Assembly (NCBI GenBank): GCA_964415285.1
Contig: CAYPZP010000002.1
Span: forward strand, 11,595 to 75,594
DNA: 64,000 bases
Reading direction: 5' to 3'
Source: an uncultured Halomonas sp.
GTDB lineage: Bacteria; Pseudomonadota; Gammaproteobacteria; Xanthomonadales; Wenzhouxiangellaceae
Shown in pieces: positions 10,013-21,474 of this stretch (the stretch's first letter is position 1; the number at the start of each line of letters is the position of its first letter). The notes below the pieces were generated by a model. The model was given only the letters and a program-made list of their open reading frames with translations, made no database searches and was not told the DNA's origin. A program made the position numbers and the translations under genes.

Positions 10013-12013
10013 TCACGCGCGCAGCGGGTGTTGCCGCGGCAGCGCGTCGAGATCGCCGCGATCCAGCGGCCCCACGGCACGGGTTTCGTCGAACCAGATG
10101 TACTCGTCGAATTGCTGCGCCAGCATCGCATCGAAGTAGTGGCTGACGCGCTCGGTTTCGGGACGATAGATGACGCCGATGGCCCGTTCGAGGTGTTTGC
10201 GCGCCAGGTCGTGTTGCAGCGCATCGGAGAGCCGGTCGCGCAGCCCCAGCATGAAGCGCTGGACCGGCACCTGATGAAACAGCTGCTCCCAGCTCCCCTC
10301 CATCCCCGGCCGGACCGACATGACCTGCATCGGGCCGTCCCAGCTGGATGCAGCGGCCACGGTGCCGTGGTCGGTTCCGAAGCCGAGCAGAAAGGCCCCC
10401 GGGCCCCAGTGATCGCGCGCCAGCTGGCCGATGTTGATTTCGCCGCGCATGCCCATCTCGGTCGAAGACGCATCGCCGATATGGCTGTTGTGGGCCCAGA
10501 CCACCGCCCGGGTGTCGTCTCCGCGGTGCGCCATGACCGAGCGCAGGGTGTCGAACATGTGCCGATCGCGCAGGTTCCAGGATTCGCGCGATCCGTAGTA
10601 CATGGTCCGGTAGTACTGCTCGGCGCTGCGCACGACGCGCGCGTTCTGCTCGGTGTCGAACACGGCTTCGCCGTCCAGCGTCCGGTAGCGCAATCGGTTC
10701 TGCAGCAGGTCCATCAGCATTGCGACGACCTGCTGCTCGCAGTCCTCGCGCTCCCCGGCGACCGTGGCACGTCCGTAGACGGCCGGCTCGCGCTCCCAGG
10801 GCGAGAAGCAGGCATAGCGCTGCCGCGCCCGCTCGGCGGCAGCCGGATCGATCCGTTCGAGATAGCCCAGCACGCTCCGGATCGAATGGTAGAGGCTGTA
10901 GAGATCGAGCCCGTGCAGGCTCACCCGGCGCTGCGGGTCGTCCATCCGGTGGTTGTGCCGATGGACCCAGTCGACGAATGCCAGCATCTCGCGATTGCGC
11001 CACATCCAGACCGGAAACCGGGAGAACGCCGGCTCGTCCAGATCGGGACCGCGCCAGCCGCGCACGTAGCGATCCAGCATCGCGGTATCGGGCCAGTCGC
11101 CCTCGATCGCCACGAGGTCGAAACCGCGCTGTTCGATCAACTCGCGGGTGATCCGGGCACGCATGCGATAGAACTCCGACGTGCCGTGACTGGCCTCGCC
11201 GATCAGCACCACTCGCGCATCGCCGATGCGGTCGAGCAACGGCCCGAGCGCGGCAGATTCGATCTGATCGAACGGCTCGCAGGCATCCTCGATCCGTTGC
11301 GCGACCCGCCGGCGGCGGATCGACGGCGTCTGCGCGGGCCGCCGCATTGGCCGCTCCGGCGCGCCGGCGCGCCAGCCTTCGGCACCCACCAGGGGCACGA
11401 ACTGGACCCGGCCCAGCGAATCTTCGGCGTATTCGTGCGCTTCGAGCTTGCGGATGCGCAGCAGCTCCTGGCTGTGGGTACGGTCGCCGACCGGGATCAC
11501 CAGGCGCCCACCGACGGCAAGCTGATCGAGCAGCGTCGGCGGCACATCGGGTCCGCCGGCCGACACCAGGATCGCATCGAACGGCGCGTGCGCCGACCAG
11601 CCGCGCGTGCCGTCGCCGCAGCGCAGCTCGACGTTGGCGTAGCCGAGAGCCGACATTCGAGCGCGCGCCAGGTCGGCCAGCCGCTCGTGATACTCGATGG
11701 CGAAGACCCGGCGCGCGATCCGGCTGAGCACCGCGGTCGCGTAGCCCGAACCGGCGCCGACTTCCAGCACGCGATCGTCGCCCTCGAGTTCCAGTGCCTC
11801 GATCATCAGCGCGACGATGAAGGGCTGAGAAATCGTCTGGCTTTCCTCGATGGGCAGCGGCCCGTCCCGGTAGCTCAACTCGCGGTAATTCTCGAGCACG
11901 AAGCGCTCCCGGGGCACGCTGCCCATCGCCTCGAGGACGCGCTCATCGCCGATGCCGCGACGGCGCAGTTGCGTTTCGACCATGTGCTGGCGTTGTTGGC
12001 TGAAATCGTTCAT
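10013..12013 (-). CDS. pcm: Protein-L-isoaspartate O-methyltransferase fused to an erythromycin-esterase-family domain
   Basis: N-terminal QTISQP, LEVGAGSGY, GDGTRG, FVPL; C-terminal GEASHGTSEFY, IEGDWPD, WAHNSHIGDA, ERAIGVIYRP. Confidence 0.9.
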   Translation of the reverse strand: MNDFSQQRQHMVETQLRRRGIGDERVLEAMGSVPRERFVLENYRELSYRDGPLPIEESQTISQPFIVALMIEALELEGDDRVLEVGAGSGYATAVLSRIARRVFAIEYHERLADLARARMSALGYANVELRCGDGTRGWSAHAPFDAILVSAGGPDVPPTLLDQLAVGGRLVIPVGDRTHSQELLRIRKLEAHEYAEDSLGRVQFVPLVGAEGWRAGAPERPMRRPAQTPSIRRRRVAQRIEDACEPFDQIESAALGPLLDRIGDARVVLIGEASHGTSEFYRMRARITRELIEQRGFDLVAIEGDWPDTAMLDRYVRGWRGPDLDEPAFSRFPVWMWRNREMLAFVDWVHRHNHRMDDPQRRVSLHGLDLYSLYHSIRSVLGYLERIDPAAAERARQRYACFSPWEREPAVYGRATVAGEREDCEQQVVAMLMDLLQNRLRYRTLDGEAVFDTEQNARVVRSAEQYYRTMYYGSRESWNLRDRHMFDTLRSVMAHRGDDTRAVVWAHNSHIGDASSTEMGMRGEINIGQLARDHWGPGAFLLGFGTDHGTVAAASSWDGPMQVMSVRPGMEGSWEQLFHQVPVQRFMLGLRDRLSDALQHDLARKHLERAIGVIYRPETERVSHYFDAMLAQQFDEYIWFDETRAVGPLDRGDLDALPRQHPLRA

Positions 12014-13203
12014 GACATGAACCCATCGTCTCGCGATTCGGATTGAACGGCCGCGGCGGCACCCAGATAGCCGTCCGGCGCAAGCGACGTCGCCAGCATG
12101 ACCTCGTTGATGTCGCGGTTCGCCAGCCAGACCGGCAGGCGCCGGTTGCCGGCATGCAACCAGGTGCGTTCCAGGGAGTCGGCCAGCGTCTGGACCGGAG
12201 TCAGCGATCGCAGCGCTCGACGCACGCTCCAGCGGACCACGGCCTCACGCTGGCGATCGGCCGACGGAACCGGTCCCAGCCGCGCGGCGGCGCGCACTCC
12301 GATCACGAGGCCCAGCTCGCGGAATGCAAGCCGCTCGGACGGCGACGCATTCACCGGCGGTTCGCGAATGACGCGGTCGAGACCGCGGGCCGCGTCCGCG
12401 ATCAGCCGGGTCACCCTGTCGACAGCCGAATCGCCGTCGGCCCGCCACAGGCGCCAGGCATCGGTGAGCAGTCCGCCGGCGCCGAGCAGGTCGTCGGTAC
12501 TCCAGCTGCAGCGAAGCGCGAGCTCGCGATACACGGCGGCCTGGCGCGCCAGCGCGGACCGGTCCGCCGCCGCGGCCAGCGGTGCGGCGGCCAGCTCGCG
12601 CGCGGTGATCCATCCGTCCAAGGCGTCGTGCTGGCCCATCGACGCAACCAGCGGACGGTCCAGGTCGACGCTCATCTTCCAGACCATGCGCCGCGCGCGG
12701 CCATCGCTGCCGCGCACCACGAAGGCCGAAAACGCGACTTCGGACAGCGCCACTGCCCAGCGGTGATATTCCGTGCACCCGGTGACTTCGGCGGCTCGAC
12801 CCAGCGCATGCATCCAGCGCGTCAGGTAGTGGAAGTACTGGCCGTCGCGACGCCACTCCAGGCGCTCGTCGAACGGCTCGTCCCGGGCGCGCTCGGGTAA
12901 CGGCTTGCCGATGCGCAGGCCGCCGCGAGTGGGAGTCTGCAGGAACGTCGCCTCGTCGATCCCGCCCAGGCGCTTGGTTTCCGACCGACGCTCGGCCCGG
13001 GCACCAAGGATGTCGTGCACTTGATCGATGAGCGCCTCGGCCAGCTCGATCCCCGAGAATGCCCCGATCCGGTCGATCTCCAGAAGATTGCAGACCGCGA
13101 ACGCGTCGGTCCAGAGATAGCGTGTCGGCTCTTCAGGACCGACAAGCCCGGTGCGCTCGACGAAGGCGCGCATCAGATCCACGGCCAGGTCGTGACGGTT
13201 CAT
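12010..13203 (-). CDS. Conserved hypothetical protein, translationally coupled to the pcm fusion
   Basis: Conserved-looking blocks RYLWTDAFAV, GQYFHYLTRWMHAL, SMGQHDALDG, LAFRELGL, DINEVMLATSL; GGAGG RBS before the ATG at 13203; ATGA overlap at 12010-12013. Confidence 0.8.
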   Translation of the reverse strand: MNRHDLAVDLMRAFVERTGLVGPEEPTRYLWTDAFAVCNLLEIDRIGAFSGIELAEALIDQVHDILGARAERRSETKRLGGIDEATFLQTPTRGGLRIGKPLPERARDEPFDERLEWRRDGQYFHYLTRWMHALGRAAEVTGCTEYHRWAVALSEVAFSAFVVRGSDGRARRMVWKMSVDLDRPLVASMGQHDALDGWITARELAAAPLAAAADRSALARQAAVYRELALRCSWSTDDLLGAGGLLTDAWRLWRADGDSAVDRVTRLIADAARGLDRVIREPPVNASPSERLAFRELGLVIGVRAAARLGPVPSADRQREAVVRWSVRRALRSLTPVQTLADSLERTWLHAGNRRLPVWLANRDINEVMLATSLAPDGYLGAAAAVQSESRDDGFMS

Positions 13204-13318
13204 CAAAGACCTCCCGGCGCCTGCAGCCGCTCCGACCCTCGAAATCCGTCGGGTTTCAAAGGCGGACCCGGAACCGACGCCCGATTCGATCTCCAGCCTG
13301 AACCAAATCCATTCGGAC

Positions 13319-13338
13319 GTCATGATCTGGATCACGCC
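13319..13338 (-). promoter_or_regulatory. CRP/Clp-like operator, copy 3 (GGCGTGATCCAGATCATGAC)
   Basis: Centred at 13328.5; a -10-like CAGGCT at 13300-13295 on the minus strand gives about -41 spacing, upstream of the hypothetical-pcm operon. Confidence 0.6.
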
Positions 13339-13427
13339 GAGTCGGCCCGGTCCGCGCACTGCCGTGGCCCGGCCGATCGATTTGGCTTCGAGCCGCGCCC
13401 GCTTGGCCGGGCGGGCGATAATCCGGC

Positions 13428-13949
13428 ATGAGCTTCCGATTCGAAACCCGCAGGCTGATCATCCGCCCGTGGCGCGCCGCAGACCGCGCGGGACTGGAGC
13501 GCATGACCGCGGATGCGGAGATGATGCGATTCATCACCGGGCGGGCCTGGTCGTCCGAACAAGTCGATGAACTGCTGGAGCGCCAGCAACGGCATCTCGC
13601 CGCCTACGGCGTGTGCTTCGGAGCCGTCGAGCTCGCCGAATCGGGCGAAATCGCCGGACTGGTCGGCATGCAGCCGCTGGACAGCGGGGAGTTCGAGATC
13701 GGCTGGTGGATCTGGAGGGCGTATTGGGGGCGCGGCCTGGCCGTCGAAGCGGCCCGACCGTTCATCGAGCACGCAGGGGCAATGGACCTGAAGCGCTTGT
13801 GGGCCGTCATCTACCCACCCAACGCGGCGTCGATCCGGGTCGCGATAAAGCTCGGGATGCACTACATGGGCCGCGTTCCGGCTCGCGAAACCATTTCGAC
13901 CCGAGGGGACGATCCGGTCGCGCTGTACCGGCTCGACCTCACCGACTGA
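13428..13949 (+). CDS. GNAT N-acetyltransferase (RimJ/RimL type)
   Basis: ETRRLIIRPW, EIGWW...WGRGLAVEAA, N.ASIRVA.KLGM. Confidence 0.9.
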   Translation: MSFRFETRRLIIRPWRAADRAGLERMTADAEMMRFITGRAWSSEQVDELLERQQRHLAAYGVCFGAVELAESGEIAGLVGMQPLDSGEFEIGWWIWRAYWGRGLAVEAARPFIEHAGAMDLKRLWAVIYPPNAASIRVAIKLGMHYMGRVPARETISTRGDDPVALYRLDLTD

Positions 13950-14064
13950 ATCGGTCGGTCGTCGAGCCGTTCGCGCCGGCTCCGATCGGCGCGACTGCGC
14001 AGATTCGCGATCGCCCACCGGAATCCGCTATCCTAGGTGCCCGCCATACGCAGGGGTACGGCAG

Positions 14065-17000
14065 TTGAAGACCCTCTATCGTGCTGATTTCGAACGCGAT
14101 TCCTGCGGCTTCGGGCTGATTGCTCGACTCGACGGTCGCAGCGACCACGCCACCGTGGCCGACGCAGTCCGTGCCCTGGAGCGACTCACGCATCGCGGCG
14201 CCGTGGCGCCGGACGGCAAGACCGGCGACGGCTGCGGACTGCTGGTCGGGATGCCGCGCGCGTTTCTGCGCGCGGCCGGCGCGGCGCAAGGCATTCATCC
14301 CGGCGAGCGATTCGCCGTCGGGTCGGTGTTTCTGGCCCGGCACGAGGTCGAGGCCCGAACCCAGCGCGAGCGCATCGCAGCCGAACTCGAGCGTGCGGGT
14401 CTGGGCGTCGACGGCTGGCGCCCGGTGCCGGTGGATGAATCCGCGCTGGGCGAAAAAGCCCGGAAGCGAATGCCGCAGATCGAGCAGGTATTCGTCTCGG
14501 CACCCGACGAACTCGACGAAGGCGCGTTCGAACAGCGCCTCTACCTGGCGCGGCGGCGCACCGAGGCGGCCAGCGACGACTCGCTCTACATCGCCAGCCT
14601 GTCGTCGCGAACGCTTTCCTACAAGGGCATGGTCATGCCCGAGCACCTGGTCGCGTTCTACCCGGACCTCGCCGACCCGCGGCTGAAGAGCCCGATGGCG
14701 CTGTTCCACCAGCGCTTTTCGACCAATACGCTGCCGGACTGGCACCTGGCGCAGCCGTTCCGGATGCTGGCGCACAACGGCGAGATCAACACCATCCGCG
14801 GCAACCGCAACTGGACCCGGGCGCGGCGGGCGTTGCTGTCGTCGCCGGCGTTGCCCGAGTTGGCCGAACTGGACCCGCCGATCTCGATGACCGGGTCCGA
14901 CTCATCGTCGCTGGACAACATGCTGGAACTGCTTGTCATCGGCGGCATGCCGCTGCCGCAGGCGCTCAGGCTGCTGGTGCCGCCGGCCTGGCAGACCGAC
15001 GAAAACCTGGACGCCGACCTCAGGGCCTTCCACGAATTCTTCGCTTTTCACCAGGAGGGCTGGGACGGTCCGGCCGGACTTGTGATGACCGACGGTCGGT
15101 GGGTGGTCTGCGGCCTGGACCGCAACGGGCTCAGGCCCGCCCGCTGGACCCTGACCGAGGACCGGCGCCTGATCGTGGCGTCCGAGACCGGCGTCGTCGA
15201 TGTGCCGGTAGAGCAGGTCAAGGCGCGCGGCCGGCTCGGACCGGGCGAGTTGCTGGCGGCTGATCTTTCCGACGGCAGCCTGCATTCCGGGAGTGAGATC
15301 GACGACCAGCTCAAGACGCTGCACCCGTGGCAGGACTGGCTCAAGCAGGGCGTGCGCTACCTCGACTCCGAACTGGTCGACGTGCACATGGCCGCCGAGC
15401 CGTTCGACGACGACACGCTGGCGACTTACCAGAAGATGTTCAACCTGTCGCGCGAAGAGCGCCGCGAGGTCATACGCGTGCTGGCCGAGACACAGTCCGA
15501 GGCCATCGGCTCGATGGGCGACGATACGCCCATGCCGGTGTTGTCGACGCGCATCCGGTCGCTTTACGACTGCTGCCGGCAGCAGTTCGCCCAGGTCACC
15601 AACCCGCCCATCGACTCCTTGCGCGAACGCATCGTGATGTCGCTGGAGACCGGGCTGGGCCGCAAGGGCAACGTGTTCGAGGTCGGCCCGGAACTGGCCG
15701 AGCGCGTGGTGCTGAATTCCCCGGTGCTGTCGCAGCGCAAGCTCAGGCAGCTGGTCAACACGCCCCAGTTCGGGCTCGATTCGGTGCTGCTCGACCTCAA
15801 CTACCCGGAAGAACGGTCGCTTCCGGATGCGCTGGACGACCTGTGCCGCCGCGCCTCCGAAGCGGTGGACCAGGGCAAGCAGCTGCTGATCATTTCCGAC
15901 CGCTACCTCGAGAGCGGCAAGCTGCCGGTGCACGCGCTACTGGCCACCGGCGCGATTCATCATCATCTGCTCGAATCCGGCCAGCGGCCGCTGTGCAACC
16001 TGATCGTCGAGACCGGCACGGCGCGCGATCCGCATCACTTCGCCTGCCTGATCGGCTTCGGCGCCACCGCCGTCTACCCCTACCTGGTCTACCAGACGCT
16101 GCACGCCATGGCCGAGTCCGGTGAAATCGAGCGCGCCCGCGACCAGGCGCTGGAACTGGGACGCGCGTATCGACGCGGCATCCGCAAGGGCCTTTTCAAG
16201 ATCCTGTCGAAGATGGGCATCTCGACCATCGGCAGCTACCGCGGCGCGCAGCTGTTCGAACTGGTCGGCCTGGCCGACGAGGTCGTGGGCAAGTGCTTCG
16301 CGGGCGCGGTCAGCCGCATCCAGGGCGCGGATTTCGACGATCTCTGGTCCGACCAGAAATCGCTCGCCCGCTGGGCCTGGAACCGCCAGGTGCCGATCGA
16401 GCACGGCGGTCTGTACAGATACGTCAACGGCGGCGAATTCCACGCCTGGAACCCGGACGTCACCACGGCGCTGCGCAATGCCGCCCAGTCCGGCGAATGG
16501 GCCGATTATCAGCGCTACGCGCGCCTGGTGAACGAACGAGAGCCCGCAATGTTCCGCGATCTCCTTCGATTGAGATCTGATCATGCACCGATCTCCGTCG
16601 AAGATGTAGAGCCGGCCGAGGCTATCGTGAAGCGCTTCGATTCGGCCGGCATGAGCCTGGGCGCGCTTTCGCCCGAAGCTCACGAGGCGCTGGCGATCGC
16701 GATGAACCGGCTGGGCGCGCGCTCCAATTCCGGCGAAGGCGGCGAGGATCCGGCCCGATACGGCACCGAGAGATCGTCGAAGATCAAGCAGGTCGCGTCG
16801 GGGCGCTTCGGCGTCACGCCGGATTACCTGGTCAACGCCGAGGTCATCCAGATCAAGATCGCCCAGGGGGCCAAACCCGGCGAAGGCGGTCAGCTGCCCG
16901 GCCACAAGGTCGACAAGCTGATCGCCCGGCTTCGATTCGCAACGCCCGGCGTCGGCCTTATTTCACCGCCGCCGCACCACGACATCTACTCGATAGAGGA

Positions 17001-18510
17001 CCTCGCGCAGCTGATCTACGATCTCAAGCAGGTCAATCCCGAGGCGCTGGTATCGGTAAAACTGGTCTCGGAACCGGGCATCGGCACCATTGCCGCCGGG
17101 GTGGTCAAGGCCTACGCCGACCTGATCACGGTATCGGGCTACGACGGCGGGACCGGCGCCAGCCCGCTGACGTCGGTCAAGTACGCCGGCGGTCCCTGGG
17201 AACTGGGGCTGAGCGAGGTCAGGCAGGTCTTGATGCAGAACGATCTGAGGCGTCATGTGCGCATACAGGCCGACGGCGGGCTGAAGACCGGCCTGGACGT
17301 GGTCAAGGCCGCAATACTGGGCGCCGAGAGCTTCGGCTTCGGCACCGCGCCGATGATCGCGCTGGGCTGCAAGTACCTGCGCATCTGTCACCTGAACAAC
17401 TGCGCAACCGGCGTGGCGACCCAGAACCAGACGCTGCGCAGGGAGCATTTCATCGGTCTGCCGGAAATGGTGGTTCATTACTTCCTGGGCGTTGCCGAAG
17501 AGGTTCGCGAGCTTCTGGCCTCGCTCGGCCTGGAGCGCCTGGATCAACTGATCGGCCGTACCGACTATCTCGAGCGCGCCCCGGGGCTGACCCGGCGACA
17601 GGATCAACTCGACCTTTCGCCGCTGCTCACCGACGTCGCGGCGACACCGGACGCACCGCGAGCCTGCGAAGTCGAGCGCAACCCGCCGCACGACCGCGGA
17701 CGGCTGGCCCGGGCGATCCAGGCGGCGACCGACGACGCGGTCGCGTCGGGCCGGGGCGGGCGGTTCGAATTCGGCATACGCAATCACGATCGCGCCATCG
17801 GCGCCCGGCTTTCGGGACAGATCGCCCGAATCCACGGTCGCGGCGGTCTGCCGGGCGAGCCGTTGACACTCAAGCTCAGCGGCACCGCCGGCCAGAGCCT
17901 CGGTGCGTTCAATGCCGCAGGCCTGCAGATCGAACTCACCGGAGAGGCGAACGACTACGTCGGCAAGGGCATGGCCGGCGGTCGCATCGTGCTGCGCCCG
18001 CCCTACGGCATGGGCTGCAAGGCCAGCGAGACGCCGATCATGGGCAACACCTGCCTGTACGGCGCCACCGGCGGCGAGCTGTTCGCCGCCGGCACCGCCG
18101 GCGAGCGTTTCATGGTGCGCGCCTCCGGCGTCAGCGCGGTGGTCGAGGGCGCCGGCGATCACGCCTGCGAGTACATGACCGGCGGCGTCGCGCTGTTCCT
18201 CGGCCGCACCGGCATCAACTTCGGCGCCGGGATGACCGGCGGCTTCGCCTACGTGCTCGATCTGGATCGCGGTTTCGTCGATCGTTACAACCACGAGCTG
18301 ATCGATATCCACCACGTGCGGGCCGAGACGATGGAGAACCACGTCCATCACCTCCGGGGATTGATCGAGCGCCACGTCGAACTGACCGGCAGCCGATGGG
18401 GCTCCGAGCTACTCGACAACTTCCGCCGCATGTTGCCGAAATTCTGGCTGGTCAAGCCCAAGGCGGCCGAGCTGGACGAGCTGATTTCCCAGTTGAGCGA
18501 GGCGGCTTGA
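14065..18510 (+). CDS. gltB: Glutamate synthase large subunit
   Basis: ERDSCGFG N-terminal Cys, HQRFSTNT, HNGEINT, MSLGALS, KIAQGAKPGEGGQLPG, CKYLRICHLNNC, GXGXG repeats; TTG start. Confidence 0.98.
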   Translation: MKTLYRADFERDSCGFGLIARLDGRSDHATVADAVRALERLTHRGAVAPDGKTGDGCGLLVGMPRAFLRAAGAAQGIHPGERFAVGSVFLARHEVEARTQRERIAAELERAGLGVDGWRPVPVDESALGEKARKRMPQIEQVFVSAPDELDEGAFEQRLYLARRRTEAASDDSLYIASLSSRTLSYKGMVMPEHLVAFYPDLADPRLKSPMALFHQRFSTNTLPDWHLAQPFRMLAHNGEINTIRGNRNWTRARRALLSSPALPELAELDPPISMTGSDSSSLDNMLELLVIGGMPLPQALRLLVPPAWQTDENLDADLRAFHEFFAFHQEGWDGPAGLVMTDGRWVVCGLDRNGLRPARWTLTEDRRLIVASETGVVDVPVEQVKARGRLGPGELLAADLSDGSLHSGSEIDDQLKTLHPWQDWLKQGVRYLDSELVDVHMAAEPFDDDTLATYQKMFNLSREERREVIRVLAETQSEAIGSMGDDTPMPVLSTRIRSLYDCCRQQFAQVTNPPIDSLRERIVMSLETGLGRKGNVFEVGPELAERVVLNSPVLSQRKLRQLVNTPQFGLDSVLLDLNYPEERSLPDALDDLCRRASEAVDQGKQLLIISDRYLESGKLPVHALLATGAIHHHLLESGQRPLCNLIVETGTARDPHHFACLIGFGATAVYPYLVYQTLHAMAESGEIERARDQALELGRAYRRGIRKGLFKILSKMGISTIGSYRGAQLFELVGLADEVVGKCFAGAVSRIQGADFDDLWSDQKSLARWAWNRQVPIEHGGLYRYVNGGEFHAWNPDVTTALRNAAQSGEWADYQRYARLVNEREPAMFRDLLRLRSDHAPISVEDVEPAEAIVKRFDSAGMSLGALSPEAHEALAIAMNRLGARSNSGEGGEDPARYGTERSSKIKQVASGRFGVTPDYLVNAEVIQIKIAQGAKPGEGGQLPGHKVDKLIARLRFATPGVGLISPPPHHDIYSIEDLAQLIYDLKQVNPEALVSVKLVSEPGIGTIAAGVVKAYADLITVSGYDGGTGASPLTSVKYAGGPWELGLSEVRQVLMQNDLRRHVRIQADGGLKTGLDVVKAAILGAESFGFGTAPMIALGCKYLRICHLNNCATGVATQNQTLRREHFIGLPEMVVHYFLGVAEEVRELLASLGLERLDQLIGRTDYLERAPGLTRRQDQLDLSPLLTDVAATPDAPRACEVERNPPHDRGRLARAIQAATDDAVASGRGGRFEFGIRNHDRAIGARLSGQIARIHGRGGLPGEPLTLKLSGTAGQSLGAFNAAGLQIELTGEANDYVGKGMAGGRIVLRPPYGMGCKASETPIMGNTCLYGATGGELFAAGTAGERFMVRASGVSAVVEGAGDHACEYMTGGVALFLGRTGINFGAGMTGGFAYVLDLDRGFVDRYNHELIDIHHVRAETMENHVHHLRGLIERHVELTGSRWGSELLDNFRRMLPKFWLVKPKAAELDELISQLSEAA

Positions 18511-18706
18511 ATGAACTCCACGATCTCGATTCGCCTTCGCCGCCGGCCGGACCGGCAGATGCGAGGAGCTTCCGGCGCGACAACCGCAGCCGGAACCGCT
18601 CATGCCGCGGCGGCGCCCGCACGATCGGCCGCGGCAGCCTCAACGCGCTCGACGAAGCGGACGGAGAAGCGCCTATCGAACGCGGGAATGCACCCGTCGC
18701 CCCTGA

Positions 18707-20170
<1,464 letters not shown>

Positions 20171-20270
20171 AAGCGGCGGGGTTCGGGGTCCGACCACCGA
20201 CTACCGTCCACCGAAAGACCCTGCGCCCGCTTCGACGCACGCACTGCCGGCCATGGGATGAATACTGCGG

Positions 20271-21362
20271 TCACCGACCTCGATAGTGATCGATACGATC
20301 GTCGGCGGCTCCGGGATTCTCGAACTGGATCTCGACGGTAAAGATCAGGCGCCAGTCGGCCCTGCGCTTGCCGGTGCGTTCATCGATCGGCCAGGCGTGC
20401 TCGGGCTGTAGTTCGAAGAACAGCCAGTCGCGCAGGAACGCGCGACGGAAGCGGAAGTTGACGAACACTTCCTCGGCTTCCAGGTCCGGCGACGTGTAGC
20501 CGAAGGCGCCGAGCTCGCTGCGGATCGCGGTCTTCCGGTCGAGCTGCCGGAAGCCGACCAGGCCGGTGCGCCAGTCGATACCGTCGGAAGCCTCCGAAAC
20601 CGTGCCGCGCCCGGTCAGACGCACCAGCGTGAGCCGGTTCGGCAGCCACTCCCAGTCGGCCCGCGAGCTGGTGCCGAACCCGTCGTCGCGCTCCCAGAAC
20701 ACCGTCTGGGTCCAGCGCGCAAGCGTCGAATCGGTGAGCTCGCGCACGTGCCGGAAGCGGCCGCGCGCGCGCGGATTGAGGCCGCCGCTGTTGACCTTGA
20801 CCGTCGCGTCGGCGTCCAACTGGGTACGGCCCAGCTCGGAGAACAGGAAACGCAGCCCCAACCGGGTCTGCTCGTCGTCTTCGCCGCGACCGATATCGTT
20901 ATCGAAAACACCGTCGCCTTCGATCGACTCGTCGCGGCTGATCAGCAGCCGGACCCGATCGGACAGGCGCGGCAGCGAAATGTTGGCGGATAGCCGGATT
21001 TCATGACCGAAACTCTCCGACTCATCCCAGATCATCGAATTGCGAACCCGGAAGAAACTGCCGATCGGCGTCTCCTCGTAGGCCCGCTGGCTGCCGAAGA
21101 AACCGTCGAACCAGGCCGCCGGCTCGCACAGCTTGCGGCTGACATAGGAGTGCGTTCGATCCAGCCAGCTCTCGGGACGACCCTGGGGATCGCGGCACGA
21201 CATTTCCACGACGCGCTCGGCCTGCTCGGCGCCGGGCTTCGGCTCGTCGGGCGTCTTCGGCTCCTGGGCCGACACGCCGGATCCGACCAGAAGGGCCGCG
21301 CTCAGAATCCAGCCGACGGGGAAGCCGGTTGATCGGGGGATGGCTGCGGTCCGTCGCGACAT
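20271..21362 (-). CDS. Exported hypothetical protein, probable outer-membrane beta-barrel
   Basis: Signal peptide ending VSAQ, WFDGFFG motif, alternating beta-strand pattern and aromatic-rich C-terminal strands. Confidence 0.7.
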   Translation of the reverse strand: MSRRTAAIPRSTGFPVGWILSAALLVGSGVSAQEPKTPDEPKPGAEQAERVVEMSCRDPQGRPESWLDRTHSYVSRKLCEPAAWFDGFFGSQRAYEETPIGSFFRVRNSMIWDESESFGHEIRLSANISLPRLSDRVRLLISRDESIEGDGVFDNDIGRGEDDEQTRLGLRFLFSELGRTQLDADATVKVNSGGLNPRARGRFRHVRELTDSTLARWTQTVFWERDDGFGTSSRADWEWLPNRLTLVRLTGRGTVSEASDGIDWRTGLVGFRQLDRKTAIRSELGAFGYTSPDLEAEEVFVNFRFRRAFLRDWLFFELQPEHAWPIDERTGKRRADWRLIFTVEIQFENPGAADDRIDHYRGR

Positions 21363-21474
21363 CGTGCAATAGTAGCAAGCCGCCGCATCAATACCGATGG
21401 AATTCGTGCCCGTCGGTTCATTCCGGCGATTGCGAGTACCATGGCGGACATGCGATTTGCCCGGTTGCTCATCC

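Noticed and set aside
10013-11300. Macrolide resistance gene (ere)
   Set aside because: It is a chromosomal Pcm-fused member of the wider family with no mobile context; resistance cannot be inferred.
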